From positions 52,182-116,181 of the forward strand of contig CAXHZJ010000013.1 in NCBI GenBank assembly GCA_964021995.1: a DNA stretch of 64,000 nucleotides, in the 5' to 3' direction. Shown here in pieces: positions 42,323-51,822 of this stretch. The number at the start of each line of letters is the position of its first letter. Position 1 is the first letter of the stretch. The notes under the pieces were generated by a model. It made no database searches. It was not told the origin of the DNA and saw only the letters and a program-made list of their open reading frames with translations. The DNA comes from Nocardioides furvisabuli (GTDB taxonomy: Bacteria > Actinomycetota > Actinomycetes > Propionibacteriales > Nocardioidaceae). A program made the position numbers and the translations under genes.

Positions 42323-43359
42323 TGGCCACCCAGTACTACTTCGGCGAGCTGCCTGATGAGCCCGTCGGAACTGAGTACGCCAACAGGGCGGCCGCCGCGG
42401 CGGCCGGGGTTCACCAGGTCCGCATGCAAGGCATCGCGGGGAATCGAACAGTCGGCTGCGCCTCCATCGTGCTGTCTGGTGGGTATGACACAGACGAGGA
42501 CCACGGACACGAGATCTTCTACACGGGCCGTGGGGGCCAGAACCCAGCGAACCCACGTGGGCCTCACATCTCCGATCAAGACCTGACGCTCAACGACAAC
42601 GCGGCGCTCGTGAAGAGCGAGTCGACCGGAAGGCCACTCCGGATCCTGAGAGGGGCTGGACACAAGAGTCCGTTCGCGCCAGCGACGGGATACCGATACG
42701 ACGGTCTTTACAAGGTGGCCAAGCACTATCCGGTGACGCACCCGGTGGACGGCTTTGTGCGATGGATGTTTCATCTCGTGCAATTGTCTGCCGAAGAGGC
42801 GGCCGGATACACGCCTGCTGAGAACCTGACAGCAAACGCCGAAGCCTATGTAGAGAAGGGCCTTGGGTCCGGGACCACCACCAGCGGTTCTGGAGCCTCT
42901 GAGACTGCTCCGACAGTCGACCCGTTCTTTGGAGCGCCAGACCTCGTCGTTCTGCCGGCCGGATCATCGCAGCCAGGTACGAAGGTGGTTGTCGCCCAGC
43001 GCGTTATTCGCGATACCAAGGTCACGGCTGCCGTGAAGCACATGTACGACAACTCGTGTCAGGTCTGCGGTACGCGATTAGACACCGTGAGCGGGGCGTA
43101 CTCGGAAGGCGCCCACGTTCGCCCTCTTGGAAAGCCTCACCACGGGCCGGATGTGATGGGCAATATCCTCTGCCTCTGCCCCAACCATCATGCGGCCTTC
43201 GACAAGGGGGGACTCTTTGTGGATGAAGACCTCCTGGTTCGCGATCAACACGGGACATCCCTCGGCTCGCTTACGGTTGACGGTAATCACGAGCTTGATC
43301 TCAACAACTTCAGCTACCACCGGACGCACCACGGCCTCGGAGTAGGCGTGGGATCCTGA
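42322..43359 (+). CDS. SRA(YDG)-HNH modification-dependent (type IV) restriction endonuclease
   Basis: SRA: GVH...QGI.G...SIVLSGGY..DED.G..I.YTG and YRYDGLY; HNH: CQVCG...AHVRPL...NILCLCPNHH..FD. Confidence 0.88.
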   Translation: MATQYYFGELPDEPVGTEYANRAAAAAAGVHQVRMQGIAGNRTVGCASIVLSGGYDTDEDHGHEIFYTGRGGQNPANPRGPHISDQDLTLNDNAALVKSESTGRPLRILRGAGHKSPFAPATGYRYDGLYKVAKHYPVTHPVDGFVRWMFHLVQLSAEEAAGYTPAENLTANAEAYVEKGLGSGTTTSGSGASETAPTVDPFFGAPDLVVLPAGSSQPGTKVVVAQRVIRDTKVTAAVKHMYDNSCQVCGTRLDTVSGAYSEGAHVRPLGKPHHGPDVMGNILCLCPNHHAAFDKGGLFVDEDLLVRDQHGTSLGSLTVDGNHELDLNNFSYHRTHHGLGVGVGS

Positions 43360-43370
43360 CGTCTGTGTCG

Positions 43371-43784
43371 CTAGGCGTCTCCGATGGCGGGCCCGATTGC
43401 CGTAAGCACTAAGTCGACAGCGGGTAGGTCGGCGGCTGCCCAGCTCAGCTGTCTGAGTTGTGATGGGCCCGCCCACAGCATGTCCGCATGCTCAGTCAAG
43501 GTGGGTTCACCTTCAATCAGATCGCAGTAGTACGTGGCCAGTCGTACCGTGCCGAATGGGTAGTCGTGGGCAGTCGTTGTTACGAGATCGCCTACAGCCA
43601 CATTGCAGTGGAGTTCCTCGCGAATCTCTCTCATGAGTGCAGCCGCCGGTGCCTCGTCAGGTTCTACCTTCCCGCCGGGGAATTCCCACATCCCAGCCAG
43701 TGGGCCGTTGGGACCGCGCTGTACGCACAACACAAGGCCATCACGCACAACGACAGCAGCCACGACGTCGATCTGGTGACTCAT
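43371..43784 (-). CDS. MutT/NudG-like (d)NTP pyrophosphohydrolase
   Basis: WEFPGGKVEPDE....ALMREIREEL Nudix box and AADLP. Confidence 0.88.
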   Translation of the reverse strand: MSHQIDVVAAVVVRDGLVLCVQRGPNGPLAGMWEFPGGKVEPDEAPAAALMREIREELHCNVAVGDLVTTTAHDYPFGTVRLATYYCDLIEGEPTLTEHADMLWAGPSQLRQLSWAAADLPAVDLVLTAIGPAIGDA

Positions 43785-43838
43785 GCTTGACGTACTCCCA
43801 TTCGCAGTTGCCGCATCCGCAAGACCTGAGAAACCCAG

Positions 43839-46784
43839 CTACAGGCCTCGCCCAGAGTTCTCTGCCCGGCCACATCCGCACACGCTTCCGTCGACGGAAA
43901 CGACGCCACAGTTGACGCATATGCGCGCCGCGTTGCGAACTGGTCCTGGGTGTGGATCCCGCTGGCGCCGAGGTGGGGTCGCACGTCGAAGCATTGGCTC
44001 GAAGGACGAGTCTGTTGCCGCAGCAGACACGTCGTCAGGGACCGGCTCACCGGTCAGATTGGGGCGCAGGGCGAGCTCAGCTGGGGCTGCCGCTCGTGCT
44101 GCAATCTTCGCCGCTTGCCGCTGCTGCTCCCGCGTCATGACATCGCGGATCAGACTGGCTTCGTTCACATCAGTCGCGCTCGGCGACGCCTGCGCGACCT
44201 CGCTTGTGTCTGCGTACTTCTCGAACAGCTCCGTCTTCTGGGCGAGGATCTCAAGCATGCGCTCGTCCACGCTGTCCTCGGTGACGAGCCGGTGCACCTG
44301 CACCTGGTCGAGCTGACCCATTCGGTGGGCTCGCTTGAGCGCCTGCTCTTCAGTGCTCGGCTTCACCTGCGGCTCACACAGGATCACGACAGACGCAGCC
44401 TGAATGTTCATCCCGACGCCGCCCGCGGCGATCTGGCTGACCAAGACTTTCGGGGTCCGTGCCTCGCCGAGACGGTCGGCTACCCGCTGACGAGTGTCGG
44501 CCGGAGTCTTGCCCGTGATCACGCCGACGACGCGGTCGCCGAGCCGATTCGCAACGGCGTCGATGACGTCGAGGTAGGCGCTGAAGATCAGCACGTTGCG
44601 ACCGTTCGCGGCGGCCTCGACGACGATCTCCTCCAGACGAGCGAGCTTCGAGCTCGATGCCGGATCGGCGACGTAGGCGCTCCTCCGTGCGTCGTGAAAG
44701 GCGCCGTTCGCCACTGCGGTGTAGTAGTGGTCCTCCTCAACGGGCGTGCGCTGGACCCATTCGTCGGTCCGCGTCAGCGGGGGAAGCTCGGTCGCAACGT
44801 CGGCGGAACGCCTCCTCAGGTAGCCAGGCGCTACTTGCTCACGGAACCGTTGGGCCCCGGCGATCATCAGGGCTGGGTCGAGGTCCTCGACGAGGTCCGG
44901 CTGCAGCATCCCGAGCAAGTTGGTGAAGTCCTCGACCTTGTTCTCGAGCGGAGTGCCGGTCAGGAACAGGACACGCTCACTGCGCTTGCCGACATCGGTG
45001 ACAGCCAGAGTGCGCTTCCTCTGTGGGTTCTTGACGATGTGGGCCTCATCAACGACGAGCAGGCCGAGGTCCACGTCGCCGAGATTCAGCCTGCCGAGCG
45101 TGTCGAACGACGTCACAGCGACTCCACCCGTGGATCGCCATCTGCGGGCGGCGTGGTCGCGTTCGGATCCGTGCAGCCGGAAAGGGCGGAGCGAGCTGTG
45201 CCGCGAGATCTCCCTGATCCAATTGACCAGGACGGGGGGAGGGCATACGACGAGGAAGTGGCGTGAGTCTTGGGCGTGAAGATGTGACATGACTGCCAGG
45301 GCCTGGATCGTCTTGCCCAGACCCATTTCGTCTCCGATGAGGACGCGACGCTGGGCAAGCGCGTACTGCGCGCCGAACTTCTGGTAGCCACGCAAGGATG
45401 ACTGCAAGTCCGCGCTGAGGGCAGAGATGTCGAGACGCTGGCGCTCGACCGCCTCCACAACCTCGGTGGGAAGTCCGCCGGTGAGGGCTTCTACGTCGTC
45501 CTCAAGCCCGAGAACCTCTCGCAGGAGACTCTGGTAGAGAACGGCTCGCGTCCGGTAGTCCGTCCAGGCAGCCTCGTCCGACACGGTTGCGTCGGTCAGT
45601 TCCGACGACGCTGAGTCCAGTCCAGTAGCGCGCAACCACGCCGCTCGCTCACGAAGGTGGCGAACGACGTCCGCTCCCCGTCGTGGGGATGTGCGGTGTA
45701 GGACGAGGATGTCCTCGCCGGACCCGAGGGCAGGACCGATGGATTCGAGGTCCCATGCGAGGGCCTCAAGCGCCGTGCCGACTGATGCGGTTGCGTCATG
45801 GAGCAACTGAAGCTTCCGCAGGGACCGTACGAGAGCGGTCACATTCCGATTGCTCGGGTCGGCGTCGAATCTCGCGCCCAGGTCCTCACGAACCGTGCGA
45901 TGTACGGTCTCAGCGGCACCGCGAAGCGCCCGGGCGCTTTCGGGCCCGAGACCGGCAATTCGGTCCACCGACGTGCCTAGAGCGACCAGGTCGGCAACGG
46001 TGTAGGCACCGGCATCGCGCACGGCTTGGAGCCGCGTGCCTGGCAGGATCAGATCCTTCAGCACGTCGATGTCGAAGCTCTCGAGCTGACGAGCGACCAT
46101 GTCTTGCTGGACCTGGTCGAAGCGTCGCCGCACGTCTTCGCGCAACCGCTCCAGGCTTGCGGACAGGTTCCGTCCGGACTCCCAAGCGCCCGTCAGGGAT
46201 GCCACATCCGCCGCGGAGAGCACCTCGACCCGCGCGGGAGGAGCCACGCCCAGAGCGTCCGCCACGCAGCTCAGTCCGTCGGCGACCGGGCTCGGCGATT
46301 GCGAAGGCGCTGCACCAAGTCCGCGCAAGGCAGCATCGAAGCCGCTGCGTTCGGCCCAGTCACGAAGCTGGCCGAGCGCAACAACGCCACTGCGGCGTCC
46401 CTTTGTCGAGTCGCGACCCAGAAAGGTCCTGCTCCGACCAGGGGTCAGCTGCCCGAGCGCGGCCGTAGCCATCGTGCGCGCCTCACCAGCCACACGGACC
46501 AGTGGACGCCGGCTCGCATGCCGGGCGCCGACGGCACCCAACAGGGCGAGGACTGAGCTGTCATCATCTGGAGAGCCACACCGCACTAGTCGGAGGTGCT
46601 GCGTTACCCGTCCAGTCGGGGCTCCGTCGAAGACACGTCCCGCGAGTGCCTTCGCGAGGAGGGAGCGGTCTGCCTCGACGGAGCGCTCGAACTCGTCGAT
46701 GCGACGGAGCAGCTCCGCACCCCAAGCCCCCAGTTCGTCTGCAAAGGAGTCGAGGGTCCGACTGTCGCTGATGGTCGTCGTCAC
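43839..46784 (-). CDS. SNF2-family helicase with N-terminal helical/HhH region and C-terminal Cys cluster
   Basis: GDEMGLGKT, VVDEAH, LTGTPLEN and RAHRMGQ; HhH-like RIAGLGPESA; CVNC..CGC tail; GTG start overlaps the upstream TGA. Confidence 0.85.
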   Translation of the reverse strand: MTTTISDSRTLDSFADELGAWGAELLRRIDEFERSVEADRSLLAKALAGRVFDGAPTGRVTQHLRLVRCGSPDDDSSVLALLGAVGARHASRRPLVRVAGEARTMATAALGQLTPGRSRTFLGRDSTKGRRSGVVALGQLRDWAERSGFDAALRGLGAAPSQSPSPVADGLSCVADALGVAPPARVEVLSAADVASLTGAWESGRNLSASLERLREDVRRRFDQVQQDMVARQLESFDIDVLKDLILPGTRLQAVRDAGAYTVADLVALGTSVDRIAGLGPESARALRGAAETVHRTVREDLGARFDADPSNRNVTALVRSLRKLQLLHDATASVGTALEALAWDLESIGPALGSGEDILVLHRTSPRRGADVVRHLRERAAWLRATGLDSASSELTDATVSDEAAWTDYRTRAVLYQSLLREVLGLEDDVEALTGGLPTEVVEAVERQRLDISALSADLQSSLRGYQKFGAQYALAQRRVLIGDEMGLGKTIQALAVMSHLHAQDSRHFLVVCPPPVLVNWIREISRHSSLRPFRLHGSERDHAARRWRSTGGVAVTSFDTLGRLNLGDVDLGLLVVDEAHIVKNPQRKRTLAVTDVGKRSERVLFLTGTPLENKVEDFTNLLGMLQPDLVEDLDPALMIAGAQRFREQVAPGYLRRRSADVATELPPLTRTDEWVQRTPVEEDHYYTAVANGAFHDARRSAYVADPASSSKLARLEEIVVEAAANGRNVLIFSAYLDVIDAVANRLGDRVVGVITGKTPADTRQRVADRLGEARTPKVLVSQIAAGGVGMNIQAASVVILCEPQVKPSTEEQALKRAHRMGQLDQVQVHRLVTEDSVDERMLEILAQKTELFEKYADTSEVAQASPSATDVNEASLIRDVMTREQQRQAAKIAARAAAPAELALRPNLTGEPVPDDVSAAATDSSFEPMLRRATPPRRQRDPHPGPVRNAARICVNCGVVSVDGSVCGCGRAENSGRGL

Positions 46785-49700
46785 GAGGCGTTTCCTCCCG
46801 CTCGCCACAGGGATGTCCACGACACGTCGAAGCCGTGCACCCCGAGATCGCCGATGTGCAGCTTCTTGAAGGCGTCGATCACGTAGCGGACCTCTATCCC
46901 GTTTGGGCCTTTGAGTACGAGCGCCACTCGGTGTCGGTCAGCGAGGTTGAGTCCTCGCACCACCTGGTTGCGGGTGAACCTCACGGGTGCCTGTGCCTGG
47001 TCGCTTTCGACCACATCGACCCAGCGACTGAGTCCGTCGGGTCGACGGCTGCGTACGACGGTGCCGGCTTGCTCGACCGTGTTCCCCAGGTCTTTTTCGA
47101 CCTGGACCACGTGGGAGGTGGCCGAGCCCGATGCGACGCGGGGCGCCAGTAGGTGGACGCCGATCAGGTGGGACGGCAAGACGATGGCCCACGAGACGAC
47201 TTGCGGCGGACGGGGTACTACTTGGCTGTCCTGCAAGAGTCCATCCAGCTTGTGCCGGAGACGGGCTTCGATCTCCTCGGCTCGGCGTTGGGCGGACTCA
47301 ACTGAGATGCCCTTCGGTCCTCCAGGCAGACCTGCGCGGCGCCAGTAGGCGGGTTCGGACGCCAGCCTTTGCTGCACGTCCTGCTGAACTCGTCGGATCC
47401 GCTCCTGATGAAGCTCCTTGACGTCGGCGGTGTGCTCACCGACGACGTTCTGTGCTGTCCACGAACGCGCGACTTCTGCCCCCCAGCTCGAGAGCTCGTC
47501 TGAGTGAAGCAGCTCGGCGACCGAGCTTGACTCGGCCGGTGTCGGCGGGCGGTAGTCCAGGTAGGCAGCGCCGACGTCCTGCGCCTCCCCGTTGCCGTCC
47601 AGCTCGGTGAAGGTGAGCCGGCGAGAGAGCACGTTGGGCGACCGATTTCCGTCGATGACTTCGTGGCTCGCGCTGAAGAACAGTCGAGGTACGGCTTCGG
47701 CGCTGTCGTCTACGAGAACAGTTCCGGCCTCGAGATCAGGTCGGAATCGGGAACGTGCGGCTCCAAGCGAGCCGTCGAGCAAAGGATGTCCCGGACCGAC
47801 GAACGCCAGTGCGCTGGAGGACTCAGAGACTTCATCTGGGTCGAAGGTGATGCTTCGGTAGTTCTGTTGTGCGATTCCGGAAGAGGAGCGTGCCGCCTCA
47901 CTACGAACGTCCTCAGGGACCAGCTGCACGTTGTAGGAGCCCGATGAAGTGGTGCGCGCCCTACCCCCGAGCTCGGGAAGCGTCGTCTCGAACCATGCGG
48001 CGACGTGGTGGGGCTGGAGTCGGTCAGCAACGCTGGTATCCACCCGATGTTGCGCGTCTTCGAGGTCGGTATTGGAGAGCACGTCGCTGAACTGAGCGCG
48101 CTCGCGAATCAGCTCGGGGATGCCTTCGGCAGCCTTGGCATCGATCACTGCGTTCAGCTGTTCGCGGACCGCCGGGTCGTCGCCGTACCGGATCGCGCGA
48201 AGCAACATCTCGCTGAGGGGGTCACCTTCGAAGGCCTCGCCGAGGACGTCGTAGACCTTGCCCTTGAAGGCCTCCCGCTGGGCCTCCATCTTGGACAGGA
48301 GGCGCTCGTAGACCGCGCCTTCGCGTGTGTCCGTGGCCACGAGATTCCAGAGGTGGCAGACCTCCTCCTGACCGATGCGGTGGATGCGACCGAAGCGCTG
48401 TTCGATGCGGTTGGGGTTCCAGGGAAGGTCGTAGTTGACCATCAAGTGTGCGACCTGGAGGTTGAGTCCTTCGCCGGCCGCGTCAGTGGCAACGAGCACG
48501 GTGACGTCAGGATCGTTGGTGAATAGGCGTTCCGCCGCACGCCGTTGGGGGTGAGGCATGGCGCCGTGGATCTCGACGACCGAATGCCCGCGTCCAGGCA
48601 ACTCCCTGATCCTCTGCGTGAGGTAGGTCAATGTGTCGCGGTGCTCGGTGAAAATGATGATCTTCCGAGGCGATGAGTCGTCGCCTCGGAGGAGGTGATG
48701 GTCCTCAAGGAGCGAACGCAGCTCGGTCCACTTCATGTCTTCGCCGGACGTATGCACGCCGCGCGCGATGGGGACGAGCTCGTCGAGGGAGGCGATCTCC
48801 GCCTCGAGCTCTGCTCGCGTCATGGCCGCTGTCGCGCCGGTTGACACAGTGGTCTCGAGCTCTTCTATCTCGCGGCTCGCGCGGTCGTCCGACTCGATGT
48901 GCTCCTGGAGCGGAGCAGCGCTGAGCCTCAGGTCGCTCTCGAGATCGCTTGGAGTGTTGAGAGCGCCAGCGAGTCGGGCCCTGCGCCGTTCGAGACTGCG
49001 CAGGATGGCGTACGGCGACGAGGCAAGGCGACGCTGGAGGACGGTCAGGGCGAATCCCACGTTGGTGGCGCGCTTCCGGTCGCCGTCGGCGATCCTGTCC
49101 ACCATCCGCATCTCCTGACGCACGTACTCCGTAACCGCCTCGTAGAGGTCGTTCTCGGCCGGTGAGAGCTGATAACCCACGGTGTAGGCGAGGCGCTCCG
49201 GAAACAGGCGGCGACCTTCGAGCGTGAGCAGGTCCTCCTTGAGGAGCCTGCGCATCGTGTCCGGACCGGGGACGATCGGGCCGCGATTGGCACCTAGGTA
49301 GCGGTCTTCGTCAAGGAGGCCGAGGAACGCCCGGAACTTCTCCGGGTCTCCTGAGTGGGGCGTGGCGGTCATCAGCAGGAGATTGCGCGTGATCCGGCCG
49401 AGTCGCTGACCGAGCTCGTAGCGCTTCGTCGCGTCGAGCTGGTGTCCGCGGACCGTGGCCGACATCCGGTGTGCTTCGTCAACGACGACAAGGTCCCACG
49501 AGGAGGCATCGAGCCGTTCGAGGAGCTCGTCGTTTCCCTTGAGCATGTCCATCCGGGCCAGGAGCAACGGATGGTCCTCGAACACGGACCGACCCACGCT
49601 GCCGCTGATCAGCTCGCGGGTCAGGATCTCGAAGGTGAGCCCGAACTTCTCGTAGAGCTCGTCCTGCCACTGCCCAACGAGACCCCCGGGCGCCACCACG

Positions 49701-50164
49701 AGGCAGCGCTCCAGATCGCCCCTGAGGATCAGCTCCTTGATGTAGAGGCCACACATGATCGTCTTGCCGGCTCCGGGGTCATCAGCCAAGAGGAAGCGCA
49801 ACGGGGTGCGAGGCAGCATCTCCTCGTAGACGGCCATGATCTGGTGCGGTAGCGGCCGAAGCGCAGACGTCGACACCGCTTGCATGGGGTCGACAAGCGC
49901 TGAGTTCTGCAGGCGGAACGCTTCAGTGCCCAACTTCCAGCGAAGAACGTCGCCAGCGCAGCGGTCCCGGTCGGCCTGAGTCACCTGGAGAAGTCGTGTC
50001 TCGTCCGAGCGTTGGAGCACCGTCTGATCAGGCTGGCCGTCCGCGCCGGAGTAGGTCACCAGGATCATGTCAGGCCCGAGCGACCACTCCGCTGCAATGA
50101 CGCGCACCGGCTGGGTGAGGACACCTGAGATCAGCTGGCCGGAAACGATCTCTTCGAGCCTCAT
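46781..50164 (-). CDS. RapA/DrmD-like SNF2 helicase with degenerate DUF3883-like C-terminal domain
   Basis: LADDPGAGKT, VVDEAH, MTATPH, DAAGEGLNLQ and WNPNRIEQRFGRIHRIGQ; ATGA overlap with the upstream gene. Confidence 0.85.
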   Translation of the reverse strand: MRLEEIVSGQLISGVLTQPVRVIAAEWSLGPDMILVTYSGADGQPDQTVLQRSDETRLLQVTQADRDRCAGDVLRWKLGTEAFRLQNSALVDPMQAVSTSALRPLPHQIMAVYEEMLPRTPLRFLLADDPGAGKTIMCGLYIKELILRGDLERCLVVAPGGLVGQWQDELYEKFGLTFEILTRELISGSVGRSVFEDHPLLLARMDMLKGNDELLERLDASSWDLVVVDEAHRMSATVRGHQLDATKRYELGQRLGRITRNLLLMTATPHSGDPEKFRAFLGLLDEDRYLGANRGPIVPGPDTMRRLLKEDLLTLEGRRLFPERLAYTVGYQLSPAENDLYEAVTEYVRQEMRMVDRIADGDRKRATNVGFALTVLQRRLASSPYAILRSLERRRARLAGALNTPSDLESDLRLSAAPLQEHIESDDRASREIEELETTVSTGATAAMTRAELEAEIASLDELVPIARGVHTSGEDMKWTELRSLLEDHHLLRGDDSSPRKIIIFTEHRDTLTYLTQRIRELPGRGHSVVEIHGAMPHPQRRAAERLFTNDPDVTVLVATDAAGEGLNLQVAHLMVNYDLPWNPNRIEQRFGRIHRIGQEEVCHLWNLVATDTREGAVYERLLSKMEAQREAFKGKVYDVLGEAFEGDPLSEMLLRAIRYGDDPAVREQLNAVIDAKAAEGIPELIRERAQFSDVLSNTDLEDAQHRVDTSVADRLQPHHVAAWFETTLPELGGRARTTSSGSYNVQLVPEDVRSEAARSSSGIAQQNYRSITFDPDEVSESSSALAFVGPGHPLLDGSLGAARSRFRPDLEAGTVLVDDSAEAVPRLFFSASHEVIDGNRSPNVLSRRLTFTELDGNGEAQDVGAAYLDYRPPTPAESSSVAELLHSDELSSWGAEVARSWTAQNVVGEHTADVKELHQERIRRVQQDVQQRLASEPAYWRRAGLPGGPKGISVESAQRRAEEIEARLRHKLDGLLQDSQVVPRPPQVVSWAIVLPSHLIGVHLLAPRVASGSATSHVVQVEKDLGNTVEQAGTVVRSRRPDGLSRWVDVVESDQAQAPVRFTRNQVVRGLNLADRHRVALVLKGPNGIEVRYVIDAFKKLHIGDLGVHGFDVSWTSLWRAGGNAS

Positions 50165-51312
50165 CCGAGAACCGCCAGCCACTCACTGATCTGCGGACGT
50201 GTGCCGATCGGGCCATTGGCGCGTGTCCACAAGCGTTCGGCTTGCCTCACCTGCTCGTCGTCAAGCCCAGTGATGCCTCTGCCTGGCTGGTCGTCTGGCG
50301 CGAGCAGCTGTCGGGCGAGCTCGGCGAAGCCATGACGATCGTTGTCCATCGACGGGTTTGCGTCGAGCGGCGAGTCATTCAGGAAGTCGCCACCTATACG
50401 GCGCACGAGGTCACCCTTCAGCAGAGCGACCGCGGGTCGTGGTTGGAGCGAGTACGCGAAACTCTCCAGGTCGATCCCAGCGGTGAGGTGTTGCTGGTCG
50501 TGAAGACCTTTGAGCAGTCGCCCCACCAGCCGCGTGAGCTCGAGTCGGTCGAGCGGATCAGCGCCGCCTCCCTCTGTCAAGTGATCGGGAGCGGTCAGGG
50601 CGGTTGTCAGGGTGCGAGGCGCCTGACGCACGGTGTCGACGAAGTACGACGGGAGCGATGCGAGCGCGTAGGCCCGGGGAGTCGACCCCTGAGAAGGAAG
50701 CGACACGACGATGGGTTCGTCCTTCAACACGGTCTCGAGGTACGCCTGGGCAGCGCCGAGCTCCGACACGAGCCCTGCCGCGACCCGGGGTGCAAACTTT
50801 GTGCGACCCGCGTCGTGGCGGCCGGTCTCAGCAGCCAACAGAGGGCTGGCAAAGCCCCCCGGCACCTCGGGGTAGGGGATGTGCGAAAAGTCCGGTAGCT
50901 CGAAGTGGTCGTCGGGCACTGTCGGCGCCGAGGACGTTTCGGGCGTGGGCTCCGTCGGATAGGCGACGGGTGCAGCAGGCGCGAGTGCCTCAACGATCGG
51001 CGGGGCCGGCATAGGCGCAGGGCTCGTGGGCACGGTGAGGGTGTCAGGAAGTGTGATGGCGACTGGCCTAGCGGCCTCGGGAGGAGTAGTGATGGGCGCG
51101 TCGACCACCGGCGGCACCGGTGCCGGGGGTGCATCGCTGCGGACCACGGGTGGCGCCGACCGCTGCGTCCGGTGACGTGACTGATGAGGTGGACCGGGCC
51201 GGGGCGACGCGTCCAGCGTTGGATCAAGCTTCTCGACGGTGGGTAGCGGCTGCTGTGCAGGCACGGAGCCCGAGCCAAGGAGGCGCTGGAACAGCTTGCG
51301 CCACCAGCTCAT
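50161..51312 (-). CDS. Pro-rich N-terminus plus kinase-like (probable pseudokinase) domain
   Basis: LLKGLHDQQHLTAGID..SF, later LLKGD and DNDRHGFAELARQLL follow the kinase VIa-IX pattern without HRD or DFG. Confidence 0.5.
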   Translation of the reverse strand: MSWWRKLFQRLLGSGSVPAQQPLPTVEKLDPTLDASPRPGPPHQSRHRTQRSAPPVVRSDAPPAPVPPVVDAPITTPPEAARPVAITLPDTLTVPTSPAPMPAPPIVEALAPAAPVAYPTEPTPETSSAPTVPDDHFELPDFSHIPYPEVPGGFASPLLAAETGRHDAGRTKFAPRVAAGLVSELGAAQAYLETVLKDEPIVVSLPSQGSTPRAYALASLPSYFVDTVRQAPRTLTTALTAPDHLTEGGGADPLDRLELTRLVGRLLKGLHDQQHLTAGIDLESFAYSLQPRPAVALLKGDLVRRIGGDFLNDSPLDANPSMDNDRHGFAELARQLLAPDDQPGRGITGLDDEQVRQAERLWTRANGPIGTRPQISEWLAVLG

Positions 51313-51821
51313 GCCCGGTCGCCCTCACGAAGGAAGAGGAAGACCTCGAGGCGCGCCTGTCCGAGCGGCAATGAACCGTCCCAGAAGGCCCGCGTAGGCA
51401 CCTTGCCCCGGAAGAGGTTCTTGTCGGCGCAGCTGAGCTGACTCGCAATTGCCCGGGCCACGTTCTGTCCGGACTCGACGTCGCTGGCGCCTCCGAAGAC
51501 GAGCACCAGTGCAGCGCGCTCCTTCTTGATGGGACCGGTTTGCGACCGTACTGCCCGACAGACTGCCTGGCGCGCGGGCTGAGGCAGCGACGCGCCGGTT
51601 GCGAGGACCTGACCGTTGACGCGAACTGTGAGCGAGGTCGGGTCGGTCTTCATCCCGACGATCGGGGGAACCTTCGGCTCAGGTTCGGGTGGGGGCGGAG
51701 GCGTGTACTTGATCGCGGACCCGAGCCCCACAATGAACAGGACCAGCAGGAGGTCGGCAAAGACCCAGCCCGCGGCTGACTCAGCAGACAGGAGCCGACC
51801 GCGACGGATGGCGGAGTGCAT
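51309..51821 (-). CDS. MotB/ZorB-like single-pass membrane protein with degenerate OmpA-like domain
   Basis: WVFADLLLVLFIV transmembrane segment with the MotB-type Asp, Pro linker, then a beta-alpha-beta-alpha-beta pattern ending ARLEVF. Confidence 0.65.
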   Translation of the reverse strand: MHSAIRRGRLLSAESAAGWVFADLLLVLFIVGLGSAIKYTPPPPPEPEPKVPPIVGMKTDPTSLTVRVNGQVLATGASLPQPARQAVCRAVRSQTGPIKKERAALVLVFGGASDVESGQNVARAIASQLSCADKNLFRGKVPTRAFWDGSLPLGQARLEVFLFLREGDRA

Positions 51822-51822
51822 C

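Noticed and set aside
43839-50164. Calling the helicases DISARM, BREX or canonical Zorya type I
   Set aside because: No drmA/drmB/drmMI, pglZ/pglX/brxC, DUF499/DUF1156 or recognisable zorC, and no Mrr domain on either helicase.
50161-51312. Active Ser/Thr protein kinase
   Set aside because: No Gly-rich loop, VAIK lysine, HRD or DFG motif could be identified.
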